From Hyphomonadaceae bacterium (GTDB lineage Bacteria; Pseudomonadota; Alphaproteobacteria; Caulobacterales; Aquidulcibacteraceae), in NCBI GenBank assembly GCA_016791425.1, contig JAEUMQ010000001.1:33138-65137 (forward strand): a stretch of 32,000 bases of DNA, in the 5' to 3' direction. The position numbers and the translations under genes are program-made. This document shows positions 1 to 8,954 of this stretch, piece by piece. The notes below the pieces were generated by a model that was not told where the DNA came from, did no database searches, and saw only the letters and a list, made by a program, of their open reading frames with translations. Each line of letters starts with the position of its first letter. Position 1 is the first letter of the stretch.

Positions 1-440
1 CGCCCGATGCGGCCGCGCGCTTCCCCCGAAGCGAGGCCGCCCTCGGGCGTCGGACGCGAAAGCTTCAGGCTGACATTATCGGTCTCCTCCCCGCGCAGCG
101 GCGGGATGACCGGGATGTCCTGGTAGAGCGTCTGCCCGGAGGCGTCGATCAGCGCATAGAGCAGGTCGTTCTGCCGGTTCGAGCGCTCGATCACCTCCTG
201 CCGGAGGCGCGAGATCCCGCCCTCTGCGTAAGCGCGCTCGAGCGATGCGTATTCCTGCGCCGCGGCGGCGTCGGCGTCGCGGATCAATTGCCCCACGGTG
301 GCGATGTAGACGTAGGCGAGCAGCGCCACGACGAAGGTGAGCACCACGCCGGCCTGGACGATCGCCAGCCGGAAGGTCGTGGTGCGGATGAGCGATTCAA
401 GACCGCTCGGCCTCTGCCCGATCGGCGGGCCAGATCTCAT
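1..440 (-). CDS. sensor histidine kinase, N-terminal part only (gene runs off the left edge)
   Basis: My own minus-strand translation from the ATG at 440-438 gives MRSGPPIGQRPSGLESLIRTTTFRLAIVQAGVVLTFVVALLAYVYIATVGQLIRDADAAAAQEYASLERAY..., open to position 1. There is an ATGA start/stop overlap with the upstream response regulator (stop 439-437). One clear TM helix is followed by a soluble segment, as in kinase partners of OmpR-type regulators. The kinase domains lie outside the window, so the call is contextual. Confidence 0.55.
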   Translation of the reverse strand, partial: MRSGPPIGQRPSGLESLIRTTTFRLAIVQAGVVLTFVVALLAYVYIATVGQLIRDADAAAAQEYASLERAYAEGGISRLRQEVIERSNRQNDLLYALIDASGQTLYQDIPVIPPLRGEETDNVSLKLSRPTPEGGLASGEARGRIG

Positions 441-1111
441 GCAGCCAGACGATATCCCGACCCGCGCACGGTGTGCAGCAGCTGGACCGTGAAGTCCTTG
501 TCGATCTTCGAGCGCAGGCGGGAGATGTGCACGTCGATGACGTTGGTCTGCGGATCGAAATGATAGTCCCAGACGTTCTCCAGCAGCATCTTGCGCGTCA
601 CCGTCTGGCCGGAATTGCGCATGAGGTATTCCAGCAGCCGGAACTCCCGCGGCTGCAGGTCGATCTTGCCGCCGCCGCGATGCACCGTGCGGGCGAGCAG
701 GTCCATCTCGAGGTCGCCCACCTGGAGGCGCGTGCGCTCCGAGATGGCGAGCTCGCGCCCGTTCCACAGCGCCCGCACGCGGGCCAAGAGCTCGCGGGTG
801 GAGAAGGGCTTGCCGAGATAATCATTGGCGCCGGCGTCGAGGCCCTCGACCCGGTGGTCCTCGTCGTGCAGCGCCGAGAGGATGAGCACCGGCGTGGAGA
901 CGCCGTCCGAGCGCAGGTCCCGCACCACGTGCGTCCCGTGCTTCTTCGGCAGCATGCGGTCGAGGACGATGACGTCATAGGCGCGCGATTTCGCCATCTC
1001 CGCGCCCTCCTCGCCGTCGCCGGCGAGATCGACGTTGTGGCCCTCGTCCTCGAGGGACACACGCAGGCTGTCCGCCATCTCGCGGTCGTCCTCGACCAGC
1101 AATACTTTCAT
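437..1111 (-). CDS. OmpR/PhoB-family two-component response regulator (receiver + winged-helix)
   Basis: MKVLLVEDDREMADSL...VIVLDRMLPKKHG...LSAL is a receiver domain and the C-terminal ...LQPREFRLLEYLMRN...VWDYHFDPQTNVIDVHISRLRSKID...TVRGSGYRL is a trans_reg_C domain. I chose the ATG at 1111 (canonical MKVLLVEDD) rather than the track start at 1177. Confidence 0.9.
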   Translation of the reverse strand: MKVLLVEDDREMADSLRVSLEDEGHNVDLAGDGEEGAEMAKSRAYDVIVLDRMLPKKHGTHVVRDLRSDGVSTPVLILSALHDEDHRVEGLDAGANDYLGKPFSTRELLARVRALWNGRELAISERTRLQVGDLEMDLLARTVHRGGGKIDLQPREFRLLEYLMRNSGQTVTRKMLLENVWDYHFDPQTNVIDVHISRLRSKIDKDFTVQLLHTVRGSGYRLAA

Positions 1112-1151
1112 GGAGTTAACCCTACGCCTGACCCACGCGCCGTCCCCAGGT

Positions 1152-2669
1152 TCAGCCCTGGGAGACGTCGGCTGCAATGTAGCGTCTTCCCGCGCGTCCG
1201 CCCACCTGCAAAAGCAACGGCCGGTTCGTCCGGCGCGCCTGATCCGCAGCGGCGCCGAGTTCTTCAGCGGTGCGGACGGTGCGCTCGCCAGCCATAAGGA
1301 TGACGTCGCCCGGACGCACGCCCTTGCGCGCCAGATCGGAGTTCGGCGTCACCGCCGTGACGAGCACGCCGCCCTCGCGTTCCTGGATCGAGAGGCGCGT
1401 GCGGTCCGCAGGCGTGAGCGGGCGCACGCTGACGCCGAGCGAAGCCTGCGCCACCGCCGGCGGCGTGCCCTGGCTCTGCTCTTCAGGCGTGTCGCTGGCC
1501 GCGAGCTGCTGCTCGGCGGGGCGTTCGGCGAGACGCACATTGATCGTGCGCCGCTGGCCGCCGCGGAAGAGATCCACCCGCGCCGGCCGTCCGACCGCCG
1601 TGGAGCCGACCTTCTGCGTGAGGTCGCGGGAATCCTCCACCGCTTCGCCGTTGAACGTGAGCACCACATCGCCCTGCTGCAGGCCCGCGCGCGCGGCCGG
1701 GCCGTCGGGAACGACGCTGGCGACCATCGCGCCCTTGGCGTCCGGCAGGCCGAGCGAGCGGGCGATGTCGCTGTCGAGAGGCTGCACCTGCACGCCGAGC
1801 CAGCCGCGCGTCACGCGCCCGCGCTCCACGAGCTGGTCGATGATGCGCGCCGCGGTCTCCGACGGAATGGCGAAGCCGATGCCGACATTGCCGCCGGTCG
1901 GGGAAAAGATGGCGGAGTTCACGCCGATGACGCGGCCGCGCAGGTCGAAGGTCGGCCCGCCCGAATTGCCACGATTGATCGGCGCATCGATCTGCAGGAA
2001 GTCGACATAGGCCGAGCCGACGTCGCGCCGGCCCTTGGCCGAGACGATGCCGGCGGTGGCCGTGCCGTCGAGCCCGAACGGATTGCCGACCGCGACCACC
2101 CAGTCGCCGACGCGCACGTCATGGCCCCGATCGAGCGACACGTAGGGGAAGCGGCCGCCGCCCTTCAGGCGCAGGACCGCGATGTCGGTCGGCTCATCGG
2201 TGCCGACGACATCCGCCTGGATCTCGCGTCCGTCGCTGAGGCGCACGGTGATCTCTTCGGCGTTGGCGACGACGTGATGGTTGGTGACGATGGTGCCGTC
2301 GGCATTGATGAGGAAGCCGGAGCCCAGCGAGGTGGGGGGCTCGCGCGGCACCACGCCCGGCCGGCGCCGGAAGAAGTCCTCGAAGCCGGGCGGTAGGCCC
2401 TCGATCGAGCCGGCCGCCGCGTTCGGCCGCTGGCGCACCTGGATGGACACCACCGCCGGGCTCACCCGGTCGATGAGGTCGGCGAAGCTGCCTGGGGCGC
2501 CGCCCGGAGGCGCGACGGCCTGAGGCTGGATCTGCTGCGCGTCGGCCGGCCGGGTGGCCAGCGTCTGGGCCGCGAAGCTGCCGGTGAAGAGCGCCGCCGC
2601 AGCGCCGGCCGCGATCGCGCCGCGCTTCAGGACAAGTTTGAAATTTTGGCCAAACGGCTGTTGGAGCAT
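1152..2669 (-). CDS. degP: periplasmic serine endoprotease DegP/HtrA family (trypsin-like domain + 2 PDZ)
   Basis: There is a signal-like N-terminus. The catalytic triad context is TNHHVVANAEE (His), TDIAVLRL (Asp) and INRGNSGGP (Ser), and two PDZ-like segments follow (GWLGVQVQPL..., LGVSVRPLT...). The ATG at 2669 is preceded by GAGGAA 5 nt upstream, so it is preferred over the GTG at 2687. Confidence 0.92.
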   Translation of the reverse strand: MLQQPFGQNFKLVLKRGAIAAGAAAALFTGSFAAQTLATRPADAQQIQPQAVAPPGGAPGSFADLIDRVSPAVVSIQVRQRPNAAAGSIEGLPPGFEDFFRRRPGVVPREPPTSLGSGFLINADGTIVTNHHVVANAEEITVRLSDGREIQADVVGTDEPTDIAVLRLKGGGRFPYVSLDRGHDVRVGDWVVAVGNPFGLDGTATAGIVSAKGRRDVGSAYVDFLQIDAPINRGNSGGPTFDLRGRVIGVNSAIFSPTGGNVGIGFAIPSETAARIIDQLVERGRVTRGWLGVQVQPLDSDIARSLGLPDAKGAMVASVVPDGPAARAGLQQGDVVLTFNGEAVEDSRDLTQKVGSTAVGRPARVDLFRGGQRRTINVRLAERPAEQQLAASDTPEEQSQGTPPAVAQASLGVSVRPLTPADRTRLSIQEREGGVLVTAVTPNSDLARKGVRPGDVILMAGERTVRTAEELGAAADQARRTNRPLLLQVGGRAGRRYIAADVSQG

Positions 2670-2840
2670 GGATTTCCTCGGGCTCACGATGAAGGCGCGG
2701 CAGGGCGATCCGCCCGCCAGCAGCCATGATCGGGGGATACGGGGCGTTTAAGGCGAAGTTGCGATGGGCGCCAAAGCGCCGCAACCGCCGCATGAGCGTG
2801 ATCGGATAAAGTGGAAGCCGGTTTCCCGTGAATCACGCGA

Positions 2841-2892
2841 CAAAACAAAGCCGCGACGAGCAAGTTTGAGTCAATTTGAAGCAAACTTGCTC
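2841..2892 (-). terminator. possible intrinsic terminator / stem-loop just after ccmH
   Basis: A perfect 10-bp inverted repeat, gagcaagttt (2858-2867) / aaacttgctc (2883-2892), has a 15-nt loop and abuts the ccmH stop codon. On the minus strand it is followed 8 nt later by CTTTGTTTTG. The region is locally AT-rich in a GC-rich genome. The large loop and the spacer before the T tract weaken the call. Confidence 0.35.
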
Positions 2893-3269
2893 TAGCGATC
2901 GTCCGGCTCCGCGTCGGGAACGGGCTCGCCCCGCCGCCGCAGGGCGAAAAGGGCCATGAGCCCACCCAGCAGCAGCAGGCCCGGCGCGCCCCAGAGCAGC
3001 CAGGTCTGCGGCTCGAAGACCGGGCGCAGGAGCACGAAATCTCCGTAGCGGGCGCGGAAGAAGCCGCGGATCTCCCCATCGCTGTCCCCAGCCGCGATGC
3101 GTTCGCGGATGAGGGCGCGCATGTCGCCGGCCATGTCCGCGGTCGATTCCGAAAGCGGCGCGTTCTGGCAGACGACGCAGCGGATCTCCTGCTCCAGCTT
3201 GTGCGCGCGGCTCTCCTGCTCCGGCGTGAGCGCGGCGGCCGCGACGAGCGCAAGGATGAGCGCCTTCAT
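2892..3269 (-). CDS. ccmH: cytochrome c-type biogenesis protein CcmH (CycL)
   Basis: The signal peptide MKALILALVAAAAL is followed by the diagnostic IRCVVCQN (LRCxxC) motif and a C-terminal TM segment (LLWGAPGLLLLGGLMALFAL). It sits directly downstream of ccmF. Confidence 0.9.
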   Translation of the reverse strand: MKALILALVAAAALTPEQESRAHKLEQEIRCVVCQNAPLSESTADMAGDMRALIRERIAAGDSDGEIRGFFRARYGDFVLLRPVFEPQTWLLWGAPGLLLLGGLMALFALRRRGEPVPDAEPDDR

Positions 3270-3282
3270 GCCTCAAACGCCC

Positions 3283-5238
3283 TCATGGCTGCGCCGGCGC
3301 AGCTTCAGGCGCGAGCGCGGTGCGCTTGCGGCGCGCGAGCGCAGCGAGTCCGACGAAGCCGCCCAAGCCGATGAGCGCCGCGCCGCCGAAGATGAGGTGC
3401 ACGGCGGGGTTATGATAAAGCCGCACGATCCACGCCCCGGCGTTGGCGCCGCGCGAGGGTTCGCCGAGCGCGATATAGAGATCGCTTGTCAGCGATGGCG
3501 CGATGCCGACCTCGGTGGTCGGCGCTCCCCCGGCATCATAGACGCGCCGCTCGGCGCTGAGCGCGCGCGCCTGCACGCCCTCGATCCGGAAATTGGCGCG
3601 CGCGGCGCGATAATTCGGGCCGCGCACGTCCACCACTTCGAGCAGCGTGACGCGGCGGTTGGCGAAGGCGACGGTCTGTCCGGGATTGAGCTCGAACGCG
3701 CGCTCGGTGCGGAAGTTCGTTTCCGTGAGCGCGCCGATGACGAAGACGCCCGCCCCCAGATGCGCCAGCGTCAGCGCCCACACCGCCAACGGCAGCGCGA
3801 AGAAGCGCCCGAGCGTGCGCTTGCCGCCGCGCCCCCACCGCACCCAAAGATAGGAGGCGACGCCCATCACGAGCCAGGCGCCCACCCCGATCCCGATCGC
3901 GGCCCAGGCCTTCCTGCCGAAGATCAGTACAAGGACGAAAGTCGCCGCCGCGACGCCGGCCGCAACCCAAAGCGGCCGCAGCGCCTGCTTCGGGTCGCCC
4001 CGTCGCCACGCCAGGAGCGGCGCCAGCGGCATCGCCAGCAGCACCGCGCCGACGAACGGCGCGAACGCGAGATTGAAGAAGGGCGGCCCCACCGAGATGA
4101 GCCTGCCGGTGACCGCCTCCACCGCCAGCGGATAGAGCGTGCCCACGAGCACGACGCCAGCCGCCACCGCAAGGCCGAGATTGTTCAGCACCAGCAGCCC
4201 TTCGCGGCTGATCGCGGTGAAGCCGGTCGCGCGCTGCAGCATCGGCGCGCGCAAGCCGTAGAGCGTGAGCCCGCTCCCTGCCGCGAGCGCGATGAGCACG
4301 AGCACGGCGACGCCGCGCCTGGGATCGACCGCGAAGGCGTGCACGCTCGTCAGCACGCCGGAGCGCACCAGGAACGTCCCCAGGAGCGCGAGCGAGAAGC
4401 CGATGATCGCCAGGAGGATCGTCCAGCCCGCGAGCGAGCCGCGCCGCTCCGTCACGATCGCCGAATGCACGAGCGCAGTCGCCGCCAGCCACGGCATGAA
4501 GCTCGCGTTCTCGACCGGATCCCAGAACCACCAGCCGCCCCAGCCGAGTTCGTAATAGGCCCAGTACGAACCGAGCGTGATGCCGAAGGTGAGGCAGGTC
4601 CACGCCGCGAGAGTCCACGGCCGCAAGGCGCGCGCCCACGCTTCATCGACCTTGCCCTCGATCAGCGCCGCCAGCGCGAGCGAGAACGGCGCGGAGAGGC
4701 CGACATAGCCGAGATAGAGCATCGGCGGATGCAGCGCGAGCGCAGGATCCTGCAGCAACGGATTGAGGCTCTGGCCCTGGAACGGCGCAGGGTCGAGCCG
4801 CGCGAACGGATTGGAGAGCACCAGCGTGTAGATGAGCGCGCCGGCGCTCACCCATCCCTGCACGCCGAGCGCGCGCGTCCACAGGCCGCGGGACATGTTT
4901 CCATGCGCATGCGCCATGGCCAGCCCGAACATCGCCGAGACGAGGCACCAGAGCAGCATCGAGCCCTCATGGTTCCCCCACGCGCCGGCGATCTTGTAGA
5001 TGAGCGGCTTGTCCGTGTGCGAATTGTTGAAGACGACCGCGACGGTGAAATCCGAGCGCACGAAGAGCGTGATCAGCAGGATGAAGGCGCCGGCCATCGC
5101 GACGCTGGCGATCTCGGCGCAGGCCTTCGCCGCCGCCGCACGCCTGGCGTCCTCGCGGGCATAGATCCCCAGCGCGCCCTGCGCGAGGCTGGCGATGAGC
5201 GCGACCGCCGCCAGGAATGCGCCGAATTCAGCGATCAT
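3283..5238 (-). CDS. ccmF: cytochrome c heme lyase subunit CcmF (CycK)
   Basis: This is a polytopic membrane protein with the WWD signature WGGWWFWDPVENASFMPW. The start MIAEFGAFL at ATG 5238 forms an ATGA overlap with the ccmE stop, so the track start at 5256 is probably too long. Confidence 0.95.
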   Translation of the reverse strand: MIAEFGAFLAAVALIASLAQGALGIYAREDARRAAAAKACAEIASVAMAGAFILLITLFVRSDFTVAVVFNNSHTDKPLIYKIAGAWGNHEGSMLLWCLVSAMFGLAMAHAHGNMSRGLWTRALGVQGWVSAGALIYTLVLSNPFARLDPAPFQGQSLNPLLQDPALALHPPMLYLGYVGLSAPFSLALAALIEGKVDEAWARALRPWTLAAWTCLTFGITLGSYWAYYELGWGGWWFWDPVENASFMPWLAATALVHSAIVTERRGSLAGWTILLAIIGFSLALLGTFLVRSGVLTSVHAFAVDPRRGVAVLVLIALAAGSGLTLYGLRAPMLQRATGFTAISREGLLVLNNLGLAVAAGVVLVGTLYPLAVEAVTGRLISVGPPFFNLAFAPFVGAVLLAMPLAPLLAWRRGDPKQALRPLWVAAGVAAATFVLVLIFGRKAWAAIGIGVGAWLVMGVASYLWVRWGRGGKRTLGRFFALPLAVWALTLAHLGAGVFVIGALTETNFRTERAFELNPGQTVAFANRRVTLLEVVDVRGPNYRAARANFRIEGVQARALSAERRVYDAGGAPTTEVGIAPSLTSDLYIALGEPSRGANAGAWIVRLYHNPAVHLIFGGAALIGLGGFVGLAALARRKRTALAPEAAPAQP

Positions 5239-5672
5239 GGCGCTCCGCCCTTCCATTCGCCGCGCGCCTTCAGCGCCTCGGCGACTTCGCGCGGCATGTA
5301 GGTCTCGTCGTGCTTGGCGAGCAGCGTGTCCGCTGCGAAGCGCGCGCCGGGCGCATAGCGCCCTTCCGCGACGATGCCCTGCCCCTCGCGGAAGAGATCC
5401 GGCGGCTGCCCGTCATAGCTCACGGGAATGTCATTGGCGCCGTCGGTCACGGTGAAGAGGAGATGCCCCGCGCCGTCGCGCGACACGCTGCCGGCCGCCA
5501 CCAGTCCGCCGATGCGCACGCGCTCTCCGGCCTTGGCCTTCTGCGCCAGCTCGGATGGCGCGTAGAAATAGACCACCGAGTCCCTGAGCGCGAAGAGGAT
5601 GAGCGTCGCAGCGAGCGCCACAAGCGCGCCCGCGACGAGAATGAATATGAGGCGTGCGTCGCGCTTCCTCAT
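5235..5672 (-). CDS. ccmE: heme chaperone CcmE (CycJ)
   Basis: It has an N-terminal TM anchor, an OB-fold-like body (RIGGLVAAGSV...F.VTD) and the C-terminal heme-binding HxxxY motif (LAKHDETYMP). There is an ATGA overlap with the ccmI stop. Confidence 0.93.
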   Translation of the reverse strand: MRKRDARLIFILVAGALVALAATLILFALRDSVVYFYAPSELAQKAKAGERVRIGGLVAAGSVSRDGAGHLLFTVTDGANDIPVSYDGQPPDLFREGQGIVAEGRYAPGARFAADTLLAKHDETYMPREVAEALKARGEWKGGAP

Positions 5673-6334
5673 CGCTGCGCGCCTTCAGCCAGCATCTGGC
5701 GCACCATCTCGCGCCGCGGATCATTTTCCGCCAGCCGCGCCTGCGCCGCTTCCCACAGCCGGCGCGCATCGGCGCTGCGCCCTTCCTGCCGCGCCGCGAG
5801 CGCCTGATAGAACACCGGCAGGAATTCATTCGGCGCGCGCGCGCCCGCCTCTTCGAACAAGGCGCGCGCATCGGCCGTCACTTCGCCTTGCGCGGCCGCA
5901 ACGAGCACGCGCCCAAGTTCGATCATCGCTTCCACCGAATTGGGATCGCGCCGCAAGGCCTCCTCGAGCGCGCGCTGCGCGGGTTCGGCGCGTCCCATCG
6001 ACGCTTCGATCCGCCCCAGGAAGATGAGCGGCCGCGCATCGTTTGGATGGCGCTTGGCGGCGTCTTCCAGCACGGCGGTCATTTCCATCGGCGTGAAGGT
6101 CTCTGGATTGCGTGCGGCCAAAGCGCGCAGACGCTCCGCCTGCGAGCCGCCCGGCAGGCCCGGGCTGCCGACGACGAAATACATTCCGACGATCGCCGCC
6201 GCCGCAAGCGAAGCGACGATCATCGGCTTCGTCGCTTTCGGCAAGGCGTCGCCCGCGCGCGCATAGGCGTTGAGCGGCCACCAGACCGCCAGCGCGACGA
6301 GCACCGCGCCGATCAGAAAGAAAAGCTCCGTCAT
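5669..6334 (-). CDS. ccmI: c-type cytochrome biogenesis protein CcmI (CycH)-like, compact: 2 TM + TPR domain
   Basis: Two TM helices (FFLIGAVLVALAVWW and MIVASLAAAAIVGMYFVV) are followed by TPR-like helical repeats (RPLIFLGRIEASMGRAEPAQRALEEALRRDPNSVEAMIELGRVL...). It is first in the ccmI-E-F-H order typical of rhizobial cycHJKL. Confidence 0.7.
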   Translation of the reverse strand: MTELFFLIGAVLVALAVWWPLNAYARAGDALPKATKPMIVASLAAAAIVGMYFVVGSPGLPGGSQAERLRALAARNPETFTPMEMTAVLEDAAKRHPNDARPLIFLGRIEASMGRAEPAQRALEEALRRDPNSVEAMIELGRVLVAAAQGEVTADARALFEEAGARAPNEFLPVFYQALAARQEGRSADARRLWEAAQARLAENDPRREMVRQMLAEGAQR

Positions 6335-6368
6335 GGGCGCGCTTGCTTAGCCCCGCGCCACGCTTGGC

Positions 6369-7853
6369 TCAATCCGTCGAGGGCAGGCGCAGGCGCGCCT
6401 TGAGGCCGCCGAGCGCGCTACGCTCGAACTTGAGCTCGCCCGCATAGAGCGAAACGGCCTCCGCAAGGATCGAGAGCCCGAGCCCCTGTCCGGAGGCCGC
6501 CTCGTCGAGCCGCGCGCCGCGCTGCATCACCACCGCGATCTGCTCGTCCGACAGCCCCTGTCCGTCGTCCTCCACCACGACCTCGAAGAGCCCGCGCGGC
6601 GTTTCCGGCGGAACCACGGTGATGAGCACGCGGCTCTTGCCGTATTTGCAGGCGTTGTCGATGAGGTTGGCCGCCATCTCCAGGAGATCCTCCCGCTCGC
6701 CGCGGAACGTGACCTCGACCGGCGCCTCCAGCGAGATGTCGATCGCCTTCTCGTGCTCGTACTTCTGCTCGTGGAGAAAGACGAGATCGTTGAGATTGGG
6801 CGTCACCGGCGTGCGGTAGCCGATCGCGCCCGCCTCGATGCCGGCGCGGCTCTCGGCCCGGGCCGCGACGCGCGCGCGGCGAAGCTGGCGCTCCACAAAG
6901 CGCTCCATCTCCTCCACGTTGGTCTTCAGGAGCTCGCCATTGGCGCCGCCCTCGGCGGTGGCGTTGCGCAAGACCGCGATCGGCGTCTTGAGCGCATGCG
7001 CGAGATTGCCGACATGCCTGCGCGCGCGCTCCACCACCTCGCGATTGTGCTGCAGGAGCGCGTTGAGCTCGTCCGCCAGCGGCGCAAGCTCGGCGGCGTA
7101 CTCCCCCTCCAGCCGCTCGGCCTGGCCCTTGCGCACCGCGGCGATGTCGCGCTGCAGCTTGCGCAGCGGCGCAAGCCCGAACTGCATCTGCAGGAACGTC
7201 ACCCCGACGACGAGCGCGGCGCAAAATCCCGTGAACGCGGAAAAGCCGAGCGCCACCACGTTCGCCGCCGGCCCCACCGTGAAGCGCGGCGCCACCGCCA
7301 CGATGAACACGAAACGCTCCGGCAGCTCCGGGATCGTGGCCGTGCGCGCGGCGACGCGGATCGGCCACTTGTCCGGCCCCTCGTCGAGATCGAGATAGCG
7401 CAGCGAGGCGCCGCCCCCCGGATCGAGCGCCGTCATCTGCGCGATCTCGCCAGGCGTGAACGCGATCGTCACGTCATAGAGCGAGCGCGACACGATCTCG
7501 ACATTGATGCCGCCGTCGGGCTTGACGGTGGCGATCTCGAAATAGAGGCCGCTGCCCGGCTGCAGATAGCGCGGATCGTAGGGCACATCCTGCAGCACGA
7601 TCTCGCCGTTCTCCCCGGCGCCGGAATTCGCCATCAGATGGTCGATGACGCCCGCGAGCTGCGGATCGACGAGCACCCGCATCAATTGCCGGCTGAAGAG
7701 CGTGTGCGTGACCGCCGCGACGATGATCAGCACCACGACCGAGGCGATCGCGATGAACGCGAGCCGCGCGGCCATCGAGAAGCGCGCGAGCTCGCGCAGG
7801 CGCGCAAACGCGGCGGCCATCGGCTTCGCCCTGGGCGGCGAAGCCTCGCTCAT
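6369..7853 (-). CDS. sensor histidine kinase (PhoQ/FeuQ-like, 2 TM + periplasmic domain + HAMP + HisKA + HATPase)
   Basis: The H-box is VGNLAHALKTPIAVL, the N-box is LIDNACKYG and the G-boxes are VEDDGQGL / GQGLGLSI. Two hydrophobic segments flank a periplasmic domain of roughly 150 aa. There is an ATGA overlap with the upstream regulator. Confidence 0.88.
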   Translation of the reverse strand: MSEASPPRAKPMAAAFARLRELARFSMAARLAFIAIASVVVLIIVAAVTHTLFSRQLMRVLVDPQLAGVIDHLMANSGAGENGEIVLQDVPYDPRYLQPGSGLYFEIATVKPDGGINVEIVSRSLYDVTIAFTPGEIAQMTALDPGGGASLRYLDLDEGPDKWPIRVAARTATIPELPERFVFIVAVAPRFTVGPAANVVALGFSAFTGFCAALVVGVTFLQMQFGLAPLRKLQRDIAAVRKGQAERLEGEYAAELAPLADELNALLQHNREVVERARRHVGNLAHALKTPIAVLRNATAEGGANGELLKTNVEEMERFVERQLRRARVAARAESRAGIEAGAIGYRTPVTPNLNDLVFLHEQKYEHEKAIDISLEAPVEVTFRGEREDLLEMAANLIDNACKYGKSRVLITVVPPETPRGLFEVVVEDDGQGLSDEQIAVVMQRGARLDEAASGQGLGLSILAEAVSLYAGELKFERSALGGLKARLRLPSTD

Positions 7854-8524
7854 CCGTTCGCGGCGGCGGGATCCACCAGCCGATAACCGAGGCCCTTCTC
7901 GGTGACGATCCGGTCCGTGCCGATCTTCCGCCGCAGGATGCCGATGAACACCTCGATGGTGTTCGAATCGCGCTCATGATCCTGCGCGTAGATTTTCTCG
8001 GTCAGCTCCGCGCGCGACACGATGCGTCCGCGATGGTGCATGAGATAATCGAGCACCTTGAACTGGTACGCGGTGAGCTTGATCGGCTGCCCCCCGACCG
8101 TCACCTGCCCGGTGGCGGTGTTGAGCATGAGATCGCCGCTTTCGAGCACCGCGGACACCTGGTCGCTGGTGCGCCGCACATTCGCGCGCACCCGCGCCAG
8201 AAGCTCGCCCATATGGAAAGGCTTGGTGAGATAATCGTTGGCGCCGAGATCGAGCCCTTCGACCTTCTCGCTCCAGCGGTCGCGCGCCGAAAGGATCAGC
8301 ACCGGCATCGAGCGGCCTTGGCTGCGCCATCCCTTGAGGATGGTCATGCCATCGACCTTGGGCAGCCCCAGATCGAGGATCACAAGATCGTAGGGCTCGG
8401 TCTCGCCGAGGAATTGTCCGTCCTCGCCGTTGTCGGCGGTATCGACCGCATAGCCCGCGTCGCCGAGCGCAGTCTTGAGCTGCTCTCGGAGATCGCGATC
8501 GTCCTCCACCACCAGAACCCGCAT
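7850..8524 (-). CDS. OmpR-family response regulator (FeuP-like by position)
   Basis: MRVLVVEDDRDLREQL...DLVILDLGLPKVDG...ILSARD is a receiver domain, and the winged helix is ...LTAYQFKVLDYLMHH...IYAQDHERDSNTIEVFIGILRRKIG...TEKGLGYRL. Confidence 0.9.
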   Translation of the reverse strand: MRVLVVEDDRDLREQLKTALGDAGYAVDTADNGEDGQFLGETEPYDLVILDLGLPKVDGMTILKGWRSQGRSMPVLILSARDRWSEKVEGLDLGANDYLTKPFHMGELLARVRANVRRTSDQVSAVLESGDLMLNTATGQVTVGGQPIKLTAYQFKVLDYLMHHRGRIVSRAELTEKIYAQDHERDSNTIEVFIGILRRKIGTDRIVTEKGLGYRLVDPAAANG

Positions 8525-8577
8525 GCGCGCTCCCTGCTGCGACTCATACGTAGGCGCTGCGGCCGGGTAAGGCCAGT

Positions 8578-8913
8578 TCAGCCCACCCGGCCCATCACGC
8601 GACCCGATTGCGCATCGACGCGGATGTCCTCCACCACGCCGTCGGCGCCGCGCCAGCGCAGCACGTAGAAGGGGCGCGCCCCGCCGTCCTCGAGCACGAG
8701 CACGTCGAGCAATTGCCCGCCGCGCTGCGAGCGCACGATCTCGGCGACCTCGCGGACGGAAAGGATGCGCGCGCGCTGCGACTGGCCGCGGCCCGCGTCC
8801 TGGGGCTGCATCCAGTTCTGGAAGCTCTGCGCATGCGCGGACCCGCCCATCGCGGAGAGCCCGAGGCTCATCGCGATCGCGGCCGCTGCAAGGAGGGTTC
8901 GCCCGAACATCAT
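8578..8913 (-). CDS. small secreted PepSY-like protein (FeuN-like position upstream of the regulator/kinase pair)
   Basis: From ATG 8913 there is a Sec signal, MMFGRTLLAAAAIAMSLGLSAMGGSAHA/Q, then a PepSY-like core (ILSVREVAEIVRSQRGGQLLDVLVLEDGGARPFYVLRWRGADGVVEDIRVDAQSGRV). The alternative ATG at 8961 would add a 16-aa Arg-rich extension, so the start is uncertain. Confidence 0.6.
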   Translation of the reverse strand: MMFGRTLLAAAAIAMSLGLSAMGGSAHAQSFQNWMQPQDAGRGQSQRARILSVREVAEIVRSQRGGQLLDVLVLEDGGARPFYVLRWRGADGVVEDIRVDAQSGRVMGRVG

Positions 8914-8937
8914 GAGGTGGACCCTAATAGCACGGCG

Positions 8938-8954
8938 CTGAACGTCCCCTGAAC
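8938..8954 (-). promoter_or_regulatory. direct repeat GTTCAG-N5-GTTCAG (minus strand), candidate OmpR-family binding site
   Basis: ctgaac occurs at 8938-8943 and 8949-8954 on the plus strand, an 11-bp periodicity. It lies 25-41 nt upstream of the ATG at 8913 of the PepSY-like gene. It would be inside the coding region if the ATG at 8961 is the real start. Confidence 0.2.

Noticed and set aside
2670-2857. A sigma-32- or sigma-E-type stress promoter upstream of degP (CTTCGCC...CCCCGTATC).
   Set aside because: The spacing between the two elements is about 8 nt, well short of the 13-17 nt required, and both hexamers are imperfect. It is not supportable by eye.
3097-5301. Long plus-strand ORF (734 aa) antisense to ccmF. 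The same kind of ORF occurs at 1035-2396 (+), 5654-6403 (+), 6753-7886 (+), 9427-10680 (+), 11286-13091 (+), 14788-16269 (+), 17332-18813 (+), 18506-20323 (+), 21952-23454 (+), 23784-25868 (-), 26735-27760 (-), 28621-29817 (+), 29276-31186 (-) and 30774-31739 (+).
   Set aside because: These are shadow ORFs typical of very GC-rich DNA. Their products are Arg/Ala/Gly/Pro/His-rich low-complexity strings with no recognisable domain. Each lies opposite, or out of frame with, a gene that has unmistakable family motifs.
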